A program made the translations under genes and the position numbers. A model generated the notes under the pieces. That model saw nothing but the letters and a program-made list of their open reading frames with translations. It made no database searches and had not been told where the DNA came from. From contig CAXXLZ010000002.1 of NCBI GenBank assembly GCA_963675595.2, positions 864,001 through 928,000 of the forward strand: a stretch of DNA of 64,000 nucleotides, written 5' to 3'. Positions 48,609-58,238 of this stretch are shown here, piece after piece (position 1 is the stretch's first letter; each line of letters opens with the position of its first letter). The stretch is from Thermodesulfobacteriota bacterium (GTDB taxonomy: Bacteria > Desulfobacterota > Desulfarculia > JACQYL01).

Positions 48609-49087
48609 CGTATCCTCCGAATCGTTCTGATGGGTTCTTCGTCGCTTCGGCTCGCTCTCCTCGCCCGAGTCTCAGCCCAATCCCGGAGCGCTGAGAGCTG
48701 CTCCTTCATGGTTTTGGAAAGTGGCACAATGGTTTCACGGGCGTTTTCCAGGCCGTCAAAGAGCGAATCCTTGGCCAGCTGCTCGATCTCAGCGCCTGTC
48801 CATTCAGTGAGTTCAGCTGCATACTCGGAGGGTATTTCCGAACCGTACCGTTGATTCATGATCTCGATGATGGTTTCGCGCTCGTTTTTGTTCGGGATAT
48901 CCACAAAGAACAGGGCATCGAATCTTCCCGATCGCAGAAACTCGGGCGGAAGCCCCGAGATATCATTGGCGGTTGCCATGACCAGAATCGGACTGGTAGT
49001 CTCTTGAAGCCACAAGAGCAGATGCCCGAACATGGACGAGGTGGTACCCCCGTCCGTCATCCCCGAACTTTTGACTCCGGACAGCAC
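48605..49087 (-). CDS. Ycf46-like AAA+ ATPase, exon 2
   Basis: VLSGVKSSGMTDGGTT, VMATANDISGLPPEFLRSGRFD, WTGAEIEQ; joins exon 1 in frame. Confidence 0.9.
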   Translation of the reverse strand: MLSGVKSSGMTDGGTTSSMFGHLLLWLQETTSPILVMATANDISGLPPEFLRSGRFDALFFVDIPNKNERETIIEIMNQRYGSEIPSEYAAELTEWTGAEIEQLAKDSLFDGLENARETIVPLSKTMKEQLSALRDWAETRARRASRSDEEPIRTIRRIR

Positions 49088-51648
49088 GTAGGGTAGGCAG
49101 CGGCCCTCCTGCAGAAGCAGGCTAAGCCGCCACCCCCCTCCGAACCGTACGTGCGGCTTTCACCGCATACGGCTCTCTACTTACACTTACCTGGAAATCT
49201 CAGGTCAGGCAGAGTCCCGTCATGGAGTTGCCGATGGCAGTGAACGCACAAGACCAGGGTTTTCCGATTGCGTTCACGCATCAGCTCTTTCCATGGTTCG
49301 TTGCCATCAGCAACGGCACTCATACTCCCGGCGTGGTGCACCTCAAAGTAGCCGCCTGCACGCCCGCAGAACTCGCATTTCTGAGCCCTCAAACGAGAAA
49401 GGATATCAGAGTACGTGGCCCGATACTTCTTTGTATTGGGTACACTGTCGAGATTCTGCAACAGGGAAGAGCGGTAAAATTTGAGGTCCTTCAACCTGAA
49501 GAGCCGAGTGGTGCGTAATTTCCCATGGTACCATTCGGTAATAGCGTATTCCCCCGGTTCAACCTTCAGACGCCTCCTCACTGTTCTCTTGCTGCAGCGG
49601 TGTTTTCGGGCAAATGTTCTCGTCAAACTTCGGAACCAGACGGACTGCAGTTTCTGCAATGCCCGAACTGCCCCTTGAGCGAGAACATAGTAATTGGCAA
49701 AGCCCCTCAACTCCGCGTTGTAAATCGTGAGGATTTGTGTATCCATTAGGTTGACCAAGTTAAGTCGGGGCATGACTTCAAAGTTCTCATAGTTGCCATA
49801 TCCGTTCTTCTTGCAGAACGCCGCCATCTTATCGCTTGGGACTTTAAGCTGGATTCGACCAGCCCCAAGCCTCCTGGTCGTGTAGGTCCCGCCAAGTTTT
49901 ACCTTGACCGATTTTCCCACCGGGTAGGTTGTGATGTCATACCCGAGGAAGCGCGTTTCCTCAGTACAATGACGGAGGCCTGATTTCTCTTCGGAGATCT
50001 GCAGGCGCAAATGTTCTTGGACAAAACCACGAACAGTCTGCATGACCTGCCTGCAATCCTCCTTGGAGCCGATCATGCCGATGAGAAAATCATCGGCGTA
50101 CCGGATATACATCAGTCTCTTGTAACCTTCGTCATGGAAATCCAAGGAAGGGACTAAACGTCGCATCCTGCAATGTTCCCGAAGTTCGGCTTCTATTTCT
50201 TTGAGCTTTTCGGTCTCCCCAGCCTGCTGAGCCCGGGCGAACCTTATCCTTTGACGACGGACCAGATACTGATAGCGGAGATACTCTTCGTTCCGGCGTC
50301 TTCGCTTTCCCTTGTTGAATTCCTGAACCAGACTTTCCATGAACTCGTCGAGCTCATGAAGGTAAATATTGGCTAGGATCGGGGAAATAATTCCACCTTG
50401 AGGAGTTCCACTATACGTGGCATGGTATTTCCAATCATCAATATAGCCGGCCTTAAGCATGGCCTTGATGAGATTGATGAAACGCCTGTCGTCAATCCGT
50501 TTCTCCAACAGTCTTATCAACACCTTATGGTCGATATTGTCGAAGAAACCCCGGATATCCATGTCGATGATCCACTTAACGCCGGTCCAGTATTTCTGAA
50601 GATACCGCAAAGCGGTATGACACGATCTTTCCGGACGAAATCCATGCGAGCGATCAGAAAAGATCGGCTCGTAGATTCGTTCCAGAATCGCTCGTGTCAC
50701 TTCCTGGATCAGCTTGTCATCTCCGGAAGGTATGCCCAAGGGTCGCAACTTACCGTTGGCCTTGGGGATGTAAACGCGTTTTGATGGTTTGAACTTGTAA
50801 CGACCGTCTTTGAGCAGCTTAATAATGTTCTTTGCCCGCTCATCGGAAAAGCCGTCCAGGGTCACGCCGTCCACGCCCTTCGTCATAGCACCTTTGTTTG
50901 AATAGATATTGGCGTAGGCGTCTTCCCATAAAGTCGGGTTTTCCATGAGCCGAAATAGGCCGTTAACACGTTTCCCCTGCTTGGAGAGTTTTCCAAGAGC
51001 GTTCAACCTCTTGATGGTCGTAGCGGACAGCATCAGCACATCCTCCTTTCAGAGTGTTGAACACGTTGCATAAGCTGTCTTCCTTCCCCCGGATAGAGGA
51101 CCCTTCGTCGATGTCGCCACCGACTTATAGCCATATCCGTATCCCGCAATTGCGAGATCTGCAGAACCCATTACAGGCCCACCTTGGGTACTATGAAGAC
51201 TCCGTCGCCATACAGGTCCGAGCCGTGTGCTCGTGACCAGCTTAGGCGATCCCGCATTTACGCCAGATCAAAGATTCGCCGTGGTTAGGTCTCCCGTTCG
51301 TCCCTTTTATCCTTCTCGTCGAAGGCATGCCGGACAGACGGAATATGCAGGTCGAAAAGTGGGCCTACATACAGTCCGGACTGGCGTTTCAGCTACTTTC
51401 ACCAGTGCCCGAGCTACGGCCATGAGGACTGGGGTTCAAGCAGTTTAGCCTTGACCATACACGGCTTACGCTGACATCATCGTTGGTCGTAGCTACCTTC
51501 TTTGATGCCTTTTCCCAACATGCTGCACTCCCCCCTCCCTTTCGGGACAAGGACCATTGCTGGTCAGAGATAAGTTGGGTGCGTACAGGATATTTCCGTA
51601 ATCTTGGTGACTTCCGTCACACTCCTATCTGGCGCCAATACGGCGCAC
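49088..51648 (-). mobile_element. Group II intron inserted in phase 0 in the AAA ATPase gene
   Basis: 5' GTGCG at 51648; domain V GAGCCGTATGCGGTGAAAGCCGCACGTACGGTTC (49142-49175); domain VI ending CCCTAC at 49088; splicing gives DELEK|VLSGVKSSG. Confidence 0.95.
49177..51039 (-). CDS. ltrA: Group II intron reverse transcriptase/maturase with HNH endonuclease
   Basis: RPLGIP, HGFRP, GTPQGGIISPILANIYLHELD, YIRYADD, domain X, CEFC...EVHH...LCVHCH. Confidence 0.96.
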   Translation of the reverse strand: MLMLSATTIKRLNALGKLSKQGKRVNGLFRLMENPTLWEDAYANIYSNKGAMTKGVDGVTLDGFSDERAKNIIKLLKDGRYKFKPSKRVYIPKANGKLRPLGIPSGDDKLIQEVTRAILERIYEPIFSDRSHGFRPERSCHTALRYLQKYWTGVKWIIDMDIRGFFDNIDHKVLIRLLEKRIDDRRFINLIKAMLKAGYIDDWKYHATYSGTPQGGIISPILANIYLHELDEFMESLVQEFNKGKRRRRNEEYLRYQYLVRRQRIRFARAQQAGETEKLKEIEAELREHCRMRRLVPSLDFHDEGYKRLMYIRYADDFLIGMIGSKEDCRQVMQTVRGFVQEHLRLQISEEKSGLRHCTEETRFLGYDITTYPVGKSVKVKLGGTYTTRRLGAGRIQLKVPSDKMAAFCKKNGYGNYENFEVMPRLNLVNLMDTQILTIYNAELRGFANYYVLAQGAVRALQKLQSVWFRSLTRTFARKHRCSKRTVRRRLKVEPGEYAITEWYHGKLRTTRLFRLKDLKFYRSSLLQNLDSVPNTKKYRATYSDILSRLRAQKCEFCGRAGGYFEVHHAGSMSAVADGNEPWKELMRERNRKTLVLCVHCHRQLHDGTLPDLRFPGKCK

Positions 51649-52572
51649 CTTTTCGAGTTCATCGCACCAGATCACCGCTTTACCGAAAGCATCAATAGTT
51701 GCAGTAGCTTGCCTCATTTTTCGCTCGCTCTCTCCGACGAGAGAACCTTTCAAAGCGGACAAATCCAACCGGATGAGCGGCCATCCGAGGATCGAGGCCG
51801 CAGCTTTGCAGGAGAGCGATTTCCCGCAGCCCGGCACCCCGACCAAAAGCAACGCCTTGGGTCTTGGCAGATGATCATTGCCGGGCTCGAAGGCTTTTTT
51901 TCGGTTATTAATGTACTCCTTCAGGAGATCGAGGCCTCCGACTTCCTCGATCGAAACCGGCGGCCAAAACTCCATCAGTCCCGTGCGTTTGATCATCTGC
52001 TTTTTCTGCTCGGTAACGATCTCCCTGCAGAACCGTTTTCGTTCCACCAAAGACCGCGCAAACGCGGTCTCAGCCTCGAACTCGGTAAGTCCCAGGGCGG
52101 CTTCCACAGCCTCCACGTCGGCTTCGATCCCGACGCTCTCCCCGAGCTCTTCCTGAATCCTGCGAAGCTCCAAAGCCCCGGGAAGTTCGAAGTCCAGCAT
52201 CGTGAAATACTTTTCCAATTCCGACGGCAGACTTACCTGAGGCCCAACCAAGACCAGACAACATCCTTGGCCTTTCCAGGAGGGCAGGCTGTTCTGGATT
52301 TCCTGGATGATTTCCACGGAACCCAAGAAGTGGTGGAAGTTGTAGACAAACAGCACCGTGTCCTCTTTTCCAGAAAGCCACTTGAGACTGCTCAATGGAT
52401 CACTGGAATCGTCGTTTCGCATGCCGGACTGCAAATCCACGATGCCGCGTTGACAATCCCAGGAAAAAGTCCTCCAGCCTTCGGGTCGAATGGAGCCGAT
52501 CGCTCGATCCGGTTCGAGGGTGACGATGTAAAGCGCCGGATACCCGGCTTTGAGATAACTCGAAATGTCCAT
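51649..52572 (-). CDS. Ycf46-like AAA+ ATPase, exon 1
   Basis: VGGLDLLKEY, PKALLLVGVPGCGKSL, LVGESE, Walker B IWCDELEK at the intron boundary. Confidence 0.92.
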
Positions 52573-52694
52573 ATCGTTCTCCTTCTATCTGTTAACGAAA
52601 AAAGGGCCGCTTCCAGCACACGGCCGGAAACAGCCCACAAAAAAAGCGGCCGAAGCCGCTGCCGTCTATAATTTTTGATTCTTTTCTTCTTTGT

Positions 52695-52994
52695 TCAGAA
52701 GAGATACTCTTCCACGAGTTCGTAGGGAAATTCCTCCACTTCCGCTTCTTCGTTGAACTGCTCGAGCCTGCCTCTGCCGGCCACCGGCTCCTCCACCGTA
52801 ACAGCCCTGCAGAGGATCAAATGCCCGCCGAATCTTTGTCGCAAAACCCCGAGTTCCGAAACCGCCTCGACCGGGTCTCGAAATCCAACCGGGTCATCCT
52901 GACCCACCACCATGGGCCCCAGCGGATGTCGGGGATTGATGATGATGTAGATCGCTTCCTCGTTCTCGTTGAATCCGACTGACCGCATAACCAT
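52695..52994 (-). CDS. Hypothetical protein
   Basis: 99 aa; RBS AAAGGAG. Confidence 0.65.
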   Translation of the reverse strand: MVMRSVGFNENEEAIYIIINPRHPLGPMVVGQDDPVGFRDPVEAVSELGVLRQRFGGHLILCRAVTVEEPVAGRGRLEQFNEEAEVEEFPYELVEEYLF

Positions 52995-53067
52995 TCTCCT
53001 TTCATAATAAGAAACAAAAAAACCGCCCTAAGACGGCTACTGATTTATTCCCGGACAAGAAGTTCAA

Positions 53068-53385
53068 TCAGGCCCGGACTCGAATCTTGTCCACCTCCTT
53101 GACCTTCTTGGGCTCCCAGTAGAGGTCGCGATCCACTTCGAATCCCGGCCTCACCTTCAACTTTCGAAGTTCGCTGAAGGAGATATAGCCCCACTCGGCC
53201 ATTTCCGGGTCACCCAGGATCGCGTAACCCCAGAACAGGTCCTCTCCGTCATATTCCACGACGTACCAGTCAAAGGCTCCAAGGAAAAAATGCAGCCTGA
53301 CCAGCTTATCTTCGATGGGGGTTTGCTCGGTCTCATAGAGCCTCGGAAGCCTGTCCAATTCCTCTTTCGTCGGTATGTTCCACAT
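53068..53385 (-). CDS. DUF2958-family protein
   Basis: LPRLYETE, HFFLGAFDWYVVEYD, EWGYISFSEL, EVDRDLYWEP. Confidence 0.85.
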   Translation of the reverse strand: MWNIPTKEELDRLPRLYETEQTPIEDKLVRLHFFLGAFDWYVVEYDGEDLFWGYAILGDPEMAEWGYISFSELRKLKVRPGFEVDRDLYWEPKKVKEVDKIRVRA

Positions 53386-53521
53386 GGTAAATCACCTCCT
53401 GCTTTTTCAATTCTCCGCCGCAGAATACGCAGCGGCACTGATCGAGATAGGGAAACTCCCTTCCTTCGATGAAAACTTGAAGGAAGTACTCACTGCCGCA
53501 AAACCGGCACTGAATCCGCAT
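53333..53521 (-). CDS. Small Zn-ribbon protein
   Basis: MRIQCRFC...CVFC; RBS AGGAGG. Confidence 0.55.
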   Translation of the reverse strand: MRIQCRFCGSEYFLQVFIEGREFPYLDQCRCVFCGGELKKQEVIYHVEHTDERGIGQASEAL

Positions 53522-53531
53522 GACGCTCCTC

Positions 53532-53813
53532 CTAAAACAAGCTCGTGTGATCTCCGCAGTAGGGGCAATATCGATCACCGAAGTCGTTGTAATCGATCCC
53601 CAAAAAGAGCCACTCGATTCGGTAGATGTTTCCGCAACGCCCGCAAGTTGCCGGCTCGGGCCGATCCCTGCAGGGCTTCCGGAGCATCTTCTTCCGGTTG
53701 AAACAACTGCGGCCGCAGCTCTCGCAGATTTCCCATTCATCGAATACCTGAAGGATTCCGTTGCACTCCGGGCACTGCTTCTCTTCAACATTCACGTAAA
53801 GCGCATGATCCAT
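53532..53813 (-). CDS. Double Zn-ribbon protein
   Basis: CPEC, CESC, CGRC, CPYC; RBS AGGAG. Confidence 0.65.
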   Translation of the reverse strand: MDHALYVNVEEKQCPECNGILQVFDEWEICESCGRSCFNRKKMLRKPCRDRPEPATCGRCGNIYRIEWLFLGIDYNDFGDRYCPYCGDHTSLF

Positions 53814-53893
53814 TTCTTTCTCCTGAAACAAAAAAAGGCCTGGAACCATTGGTTCCCGCCTCGTTAGGTCGACACTGTCCACCTGCCGTATGA

Positions 53894-54349
53894 TCAATGA
53901 GTTTTGATGACGCCCCGTTCGGACAGACTTTCAAAGCGGCCTTCATCGCCCACGACCACATGATCCACCACCCCGACATCGAAGAGTTCGGCACACCGGG
54001 TGAGTTTCTCGGTGATCGCGATGTCTTCGGCGCTGGGTTCCGGGCATCCGCTCGGATGGTTATGGATGAACGCCACTTTAGCGGAGTTACTCAGGAAAAC
54101 GGCCTTGAATATTTCCCTTACCGACAGAATGGTCTGGCTCAAGGTTCCCACGCTTACCAGATGGATGCAGTTCACGTAGTTCTTGACGTTCAGGCAGACC
54201 AGGATAAACATCTCCCGGTCCGCGTTTCCTATGAACTTGCGCGCGATGTCCGCCAAGTCCGGCGGTCCCCGGATGGGCTTCTTCCCATAGGGGATCGAGC
54301 CGTCCCGAACCATTTTGACACTCACGATATCGATTCTTTCCTTCATCAT
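53894..54349 (-). CDS. radC: RadC-like JAB-domain protein
   Basis: DREMF, HNHPSG.PEPSAED, VVDHVVVG. Confidence 0.9.
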   Translation of the reverse strand: MMKERIDIVSVKMVRDGSIPYGKKPIRGPPDLADIARKFIGNADREMFILVCLNVKNYVNCIHLVSVGTLSQTILSVREIFKAVFLSNSAKVAFIHNHPSGCPEPSAEDIAITEKLTRCAELFDVGVVDHVVVGDEGRFESLSERGVIKTH

Positions 54350-54421
54350 AGAAACCTCCCTGGAAAACCCTTGATTGGGGCTGTCCACAATGCTCGGACA
54401 GCCCGTGAACTCGAGGTTGCC

Positions 54422-54679
54422 CTAAGACGGAATGTCGTCTCCGGGCTGACCCATCGACTTGATGCCGAAGTCCAGGAATGCCTGCCGAAACAATTCCGAG
54501 GCGGTCGGGAGATCACTCGCCCGAAGATTGGGTGAGGTCTTCCAGTTGCCGTCGGCGTCCTTGAACACGCGTTGAAGACTGAAGGTCTGGTAGTTTCCTT
54601 TTGCGCCGTCGTTTTCCCAGACACTGACGACGACTCCGTTTGCCCGATACTTCCTCACCGGTTTGTTGCTCTCACTCAT
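54422..54679 (-). CDS. Putative PC4/whirly-like ssDNA-binding protein with acidic tail
   Basis: KPVRKYRANGVVVSVWEN...SLQRVFKDADGNWKTS.NLRASDLP; tail DDIPS resembles the SSB tail DDIPF. Confidence 0.65.
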   Translation of the reverse strand: MSESNKPVRKYRANGVVVSVWENDGAKGNYQTFSLQRVFKDADGNWKTSPNLRASDLPTASELFRQAFLDFGIKSMGQPGDDIPS

Positions 54680-54772
54680 GATCCTTCCTCCTCTTTCGTT
54701 GATATGATGCTCTAACAGCCGCTCCACCCGCAGCGGATGCACAGCGGACATCGTCCGTCGCGGTGGAGAATT

Positions 54773-55072
54773 TCACCGCAGTCCGGACATCGCTCGATCC
54801 TGATCTGGGGCGGTTTCATCGGTTGCTTCATTTCCGAGGTAATGGATCGCCTTTTTGACGGTTTCTTGGTGATCATAGAATTCATCCAACAGCTCCTTTC
54901 TCTTGGGTAACTCATTGGTTTTGAAGATTTCCTTTGCTTCGAGATGCAGGCCGATCAGGCCCAGTAACAGCTCCGCTCCGAATTGATGGCACGGCTGGAC
55001 CGTCTGCACCGCTTCCCGCCACTCGCGTCTCAGGCAAAAGAGGCCCCGACGCAACTTGGACGACGCATTCAA
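54773..55072 (-). CDS. Hypothetical protein
   Basis: 99-aa ORF at the head of the operon; overlapped by a short Zn-ribbon ORF (CPDC...CIRC) ending at 54712. Confidence 0.4.
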   Translation of the reverse strand: MNASSKLRRGLFCLRREWREAVQTVQPCHQFGAELLLGLIGLHLEAKEIFKTNELPKRKELLDEFYDHQETVKKAIHYLGNEATDETAPDQDRAMSGLR

Positions 55073-55286
55073 GATTCACCTCGTCTCTTTGGCTAGAGTG
55101 TTCGTTGTCATCGAAACGTGTGATTGAAGCTCTCGCTAAAACGAATGGGATACGTGCCGTCTTCAGGGACGGCGCGCCTTAAACGGTGGGTACAGGCTTC
55201 ACCCGACAAAATCGCTATTGGTGTTCCGGGGAAACCCGCATTGGTGACACGGATCGCTAAGCGCCTGGCTCTGCAAAGGTGTCCGC

Positions 55287-57311
55287 TTAACGTTCCGTTT
55301 TTTCGGTGAGCGGGATGGGAATGATTTTTTCGATGAAGTCCTTGGCGAGGTAGGCTTGAATGCCTTGAATCGTAAGGAATGATTGGATCTTGGTGAGGGC
55401 TTCGGGGTTCGTCGCGATCATGAACTTCTGAATGGAGGCATGGTTCGAGAGCGTCTCGATGTTCTTCCTGATGTCCGATTTGCCGGTCTCGACCTGAACC
55501 GCCAAACCACCGTTCCAGTCGGCCACGAGATCCAGGTTGTCCTTTTCCAGGAACACTCGGCAGGAAGCGCCAAGCGCCAGTCTGATTCTTTCGACCCAGT
55601 AGTTGTGCTCCAAACCGCCCCGAACTCGAGAATTCTCGAGTTTCAGGCCTTCTCTGTGGAGGTGCTCCACAGCCTGCGGCGTCAATTCAAAGAGCCGGTT
55701 TCGGTCCACAAGGACTTCCTTGAGCAGGCCTTTCGTGAGGAGACCGTCCAGGCAGAGAGTTCCCTCCCGAGGGTTCATTCCGAGCTTCTTGTAACGTTTT
55801 TGAACTCCGTCGAAGGGATGATGCGCGATGTCATCCAGCAGAATCCGCTCCATGGGGGAGAGTGTTTCCGAGCTTGAAATCTCATGAAAGGAGTTTATTT
55901 CCGGCTCTAGAGCTTGGTTTGGATGTTCATTTACTGAAGAAGAGTTTATTCTAGTTTGTATGACTTTATCCCGGACCATTCCCTTGTCGATTTTGAATTC
56001 CGGCACCGTTATCAGGAACGGAAACGGGACCCTTCCGGTCTTCACAATGGCCTCTCCGACCTTGAGCATGCCGTAGTAAGTCTCATTCCCGGTGGGAATG
56101 AGCTGGGAACGGCTCAAACTCGAAAAATCTTGAGACAGAGAGGTTTGAAAGCCGATCCGGGTGTAGACATTCCCAAGGGCTGAGACTGAGACTTTGTGGG
56201 GATGCTGATCAAGAATCACGATGCCTTCCCCGAGTTCCCTGATCTCCCTCATCATGACGTCGGTGATATCCTCTTCCTTGCTCGTTCGAAGAAGCAGGTG
56301 ATGGGCTTCCTCGATGACGATCATGTGCTTCAGAATCTCCCTTTCCGGCTCCTGCATCCGGTAGAAGTAGATCCAAAGAAGCAGGCTTCCGATGATGAAG
56401 GTCTTGTCCGAATCCGAAAGTCCGTCCAGCTCCAGGATCACGTTTTTCCGGAGCAGTTTTGGGATTGAAATGGGACTGAGACTGGGACTGAGAGCGGGAT
56501 TGAGCTTGGGAATAGGACTGGGATTGGGACTGGGACTGAGACTGACGCCGGGGGATTGAAAATTCACAACCTCGTTCAGGCCCGGGAAGGTGAGACTGTT
56601 CAGGGTTCTCTTGGCCGAACTCAGCCAAAGCATTTCTCTGCCACGGCGGTTTTGCTTGTCGATATACCGCTTCATGTCCGCGAAGGTGGGGAGACTCATG
56701 GCGTCCATCAAGACGTCCGACGCTCCCGGACCTAACAGATAAGCCTTCTCGATAATCTCCATCAGTTTCTTCGACCAGATGTGAGACTCCACTCCGGGCG
56801 GAGGAATCTTTGGATTGAAACGGAAAGGGCTGACCTCCCTTCCCACGGTAAAGATCAGAATGTCCTCGCTGCGGAAATCCGGATGTGTCAAAAGGTCCCG
56901 GTAGTTTCGTTTCCAGTCGAAGATCAGAAACGGGATTCTAGCTTTCACGAACTCCCGCAGAAGATTCATGCAGGCTGTGGTTTTTCCGGAGCCGGTCTGT
57001 CCGAAAAGACCCACATGGCGAATCAACTCCTCCTTTCTGAGACCGAAAGGGCAGAGCTTCCTGCCGCAATAGGAGACATGTCCGAGTTGCAATTCCCCGG
57101 CCGCCTCATTCTTTCCCGGCGGCGGCAGCATAACGGCGTTTTCGAACGCCACACCCGTGTGCTGCAGAAGCATGGAATCGACCATGGATTCGATCTCTCT
57201 CTTAGCTCTTGGATTCTCCTCCATCTGATAAAGCGACCACAAAGCCCGAAGCTCTCCTGAAGAGACAAAAGGCTCGAGCCGTCTCAGCTTTTCGGCGACG
57301 GTTACGATCAT
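55287..57311 (-). CDS. HerA/VirB4-like ATPase fused to wHTH and PD-(D/E)XK-like nuclease domains
   Basis: HVGLFGQTGSGKT, IFDWKRNYR, FRFNP, VIEEAHH, REIRELGEGIVILDQ; C-terminal RGGLEH...DL...VQVETGKS. Confidence 0.88.
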   Translation of the reverse strand: MIVTVAEKLRRLEPFVSSGELRALWSLYQMEENPRAKREIESMVDSMLLQHTGVAFENAVMLPPPGKNEAAGELQLGHVSYCGRKLCPFGLRKEELIRHVGLFGQTGSGKTTACMNLLREFVKARIPFLIFDWKRNYRDLLTHPDFRSEDILIFTVGREVSPFRFNPKIPPPGVESHIWSKKLMEIIEKAYLLGPGASDVLMDAMSLPTFADMKRYIDKQNRRGREMLWLSSAKRTLNSLTFPGLNEVVNFQSPGVSLSPSPNPSPIPKLNPALSPSLSPISIPKLLRKNVILELDGLSDSDKTFIIGSLLLWIYFYRMQEPEREILKHMIVIEEAHHLLLRTSKEEDITDVMMREIRELGEGIVILDQHPHKVSVSALGNVYTRIGFQTSLSQDFSSLSRSQLIPTGNETYYGMLKVGEAIVKTGRVPFPFLITVPEFKIDKGMVRDKVIQTRINSSSVNEHPNQALEPEINSFHEISSSETLSPMERILLDDIAHHPFDGVQKRYKKLGMNPREGTLCLDGLLTKGLLKEVLVDRNRLFELTPQAVEHLHREGLKLENSRVRGGLEHNYWVERIRLALGASCRVFLEKDNLDLVADWNGGLAVQVETGKSDIRKNIETLSNHASIQKFMIATNPEALTKIQSFLTIQGIQAYLAKDFIEKIIPIPLTEKTER
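56461..56546. repeat. Degenerate 6-bp tandem repeat (GGGACT/GAGACT/GGGATT) encoding an S/P-rich insert
   Basis: Encodes SLSPSPNPSPIPKLNPALSPSLSPISIPKL inside the ATPase. Confidence 0.8.
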
Positions 57312-58078
57312 TGGAACTCCCTCTCACACCAACCCCCGCATAGACAGGGGTAGTCCTCTTCACGCTCCGACCGGGTCAGCTCGTGCATTCGGCGGATTTC
57401 TTCCGCAGCCCAGTCAACCAGTTCTTGGGTAGGCTTGAAAATCTTGGGATTGTCTTTGGAGGATGGGAATTTCAGGAAATGAACTGAGACTCGATCGGGC
57501 AGCTTTCCGTTCACTTCCTGCTCGAGGAGGGCGTAGATCGCAAGCTGGAGTTTGATATCCGGCGAGATGTCCTGGTATTTCGAAGTCTTATAATCCCTGA
57601 TCTCGACGAATTCTCGAGAATAACGGGCATCCACGATGCCTTGGGCACCATGAAGTTGACTCACGAGCCGTTTTTCCGGCTCCGGCGGGCTTCTTCCGCT
57701 GCTCATTTCGCGGATAAACTGGTGAAGCCAGTTCAACGCCATCTTCCGAGCCTCAACAAGTTGGCCTTCGGCCTCGTCCCTATGGCCGCAGAGCGTCTGA
57801 ATCTCGAGAATTCTCGAGTTCCACAGGAAATCCACCCTGTCCAGTATTCGCCTTCGCGCATCTGCGTAGGGCGCTTCGAGAAACTCGGGAGTATATTCCC
57901 GAACAAAGGCTTCCGCAGCCTGGTGAACCACCTGCCCCACGATGAAGCACATCTTGGGTTTGGTCTTCAGTTTCCTGACGTATCTAAGGTAGAACTTTCT
58001 CGGGCATCCCCACCGGAACTGCGCATCCTTCTTGTAGGAGAGAATGGCCGACGGGCTCAGGATTCGTTTGAAGGTCAT
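57308..58078 (-). CDS. Cas4/AddB/RecB-like PD-(D/E)XK nuclease with probable Fe-S cysteines
   Basis: LSPS...CPRKFY, GIVD, IRDYKT, QLAIYA, C-terminal CLCGGWC. Confidence 0.88.
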   Translation of the reverse strand: MTFKRILSPSAILSYKKDAQFRWGCPRKFYLRYVRKLKTKPKMCFIVGQVVHQAAEAFVREYTPEFLEAPYADARRRILDRVDFLWNSRILEIQTLCGHRDEAEGQLVEARKMALNWLHQFIREMSSGRSPPEPEKRLVSQLHGAQGIVDARYSREFVEIRDYKTSKYQDISPDIKLQLAIYALLEQEVNGKLPDRVSVHFLKFPSSKDNPKIFKPTQELVDWAAEEIRRMHELTRSEREEDYPCLCGGWCEREFQ

Positions 58079-58236
58079 TTTGATCGGTCAAAACGGCTCC
58101 GCACCTGCATTTCCCTCACAAAGTACACGATCACTTTTTCCAGTTGATGTTTTTCCATGGCGAGCGCGAAGGCTCCCGGCACTTCATAGAGCTTCTCCAC
58201 GTCCGTCATGGTGACGTCCTTATATTGGTATTTCAT
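58075..58236 (-). CDS. 53-aa hypothetical protein missing from the ORF track (MKYQYKDVTMTDVEKLYEVPG...)
   Basis: Fills the gap between neighbours with an ATGA overlap; RBS GGAGG. Confidence 0.6.
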   Translation of the reverse strand: MKYQYKDVTMTDVEKLYEVPGAFALAMEKHQLEKVIVYFVREMQVRSRFDRSK

Positions 58237-58238
58237 TC

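Noticed and set aside
49177-51039. Reverse transcriptase as the DGR RT (or a retron) serving the CLec variable regions
   Set aside because: It has YADD, maturase and HNH domains and sits within a ribozyme with a GTGCG start and domains V/VI, so it is a group II intron protein.
51625-51648. C-terminus VRRIGAR* of the AAA ATPase
   Set aside because: This is read-through into the intron 5' end; the true continuation is exon 2 at 49087.
57308-58078. cas4 of a CRISPR system
   Set aside because: No other cas genes or array; it is a solo RecB-like nuclease in a mobile-element operon.
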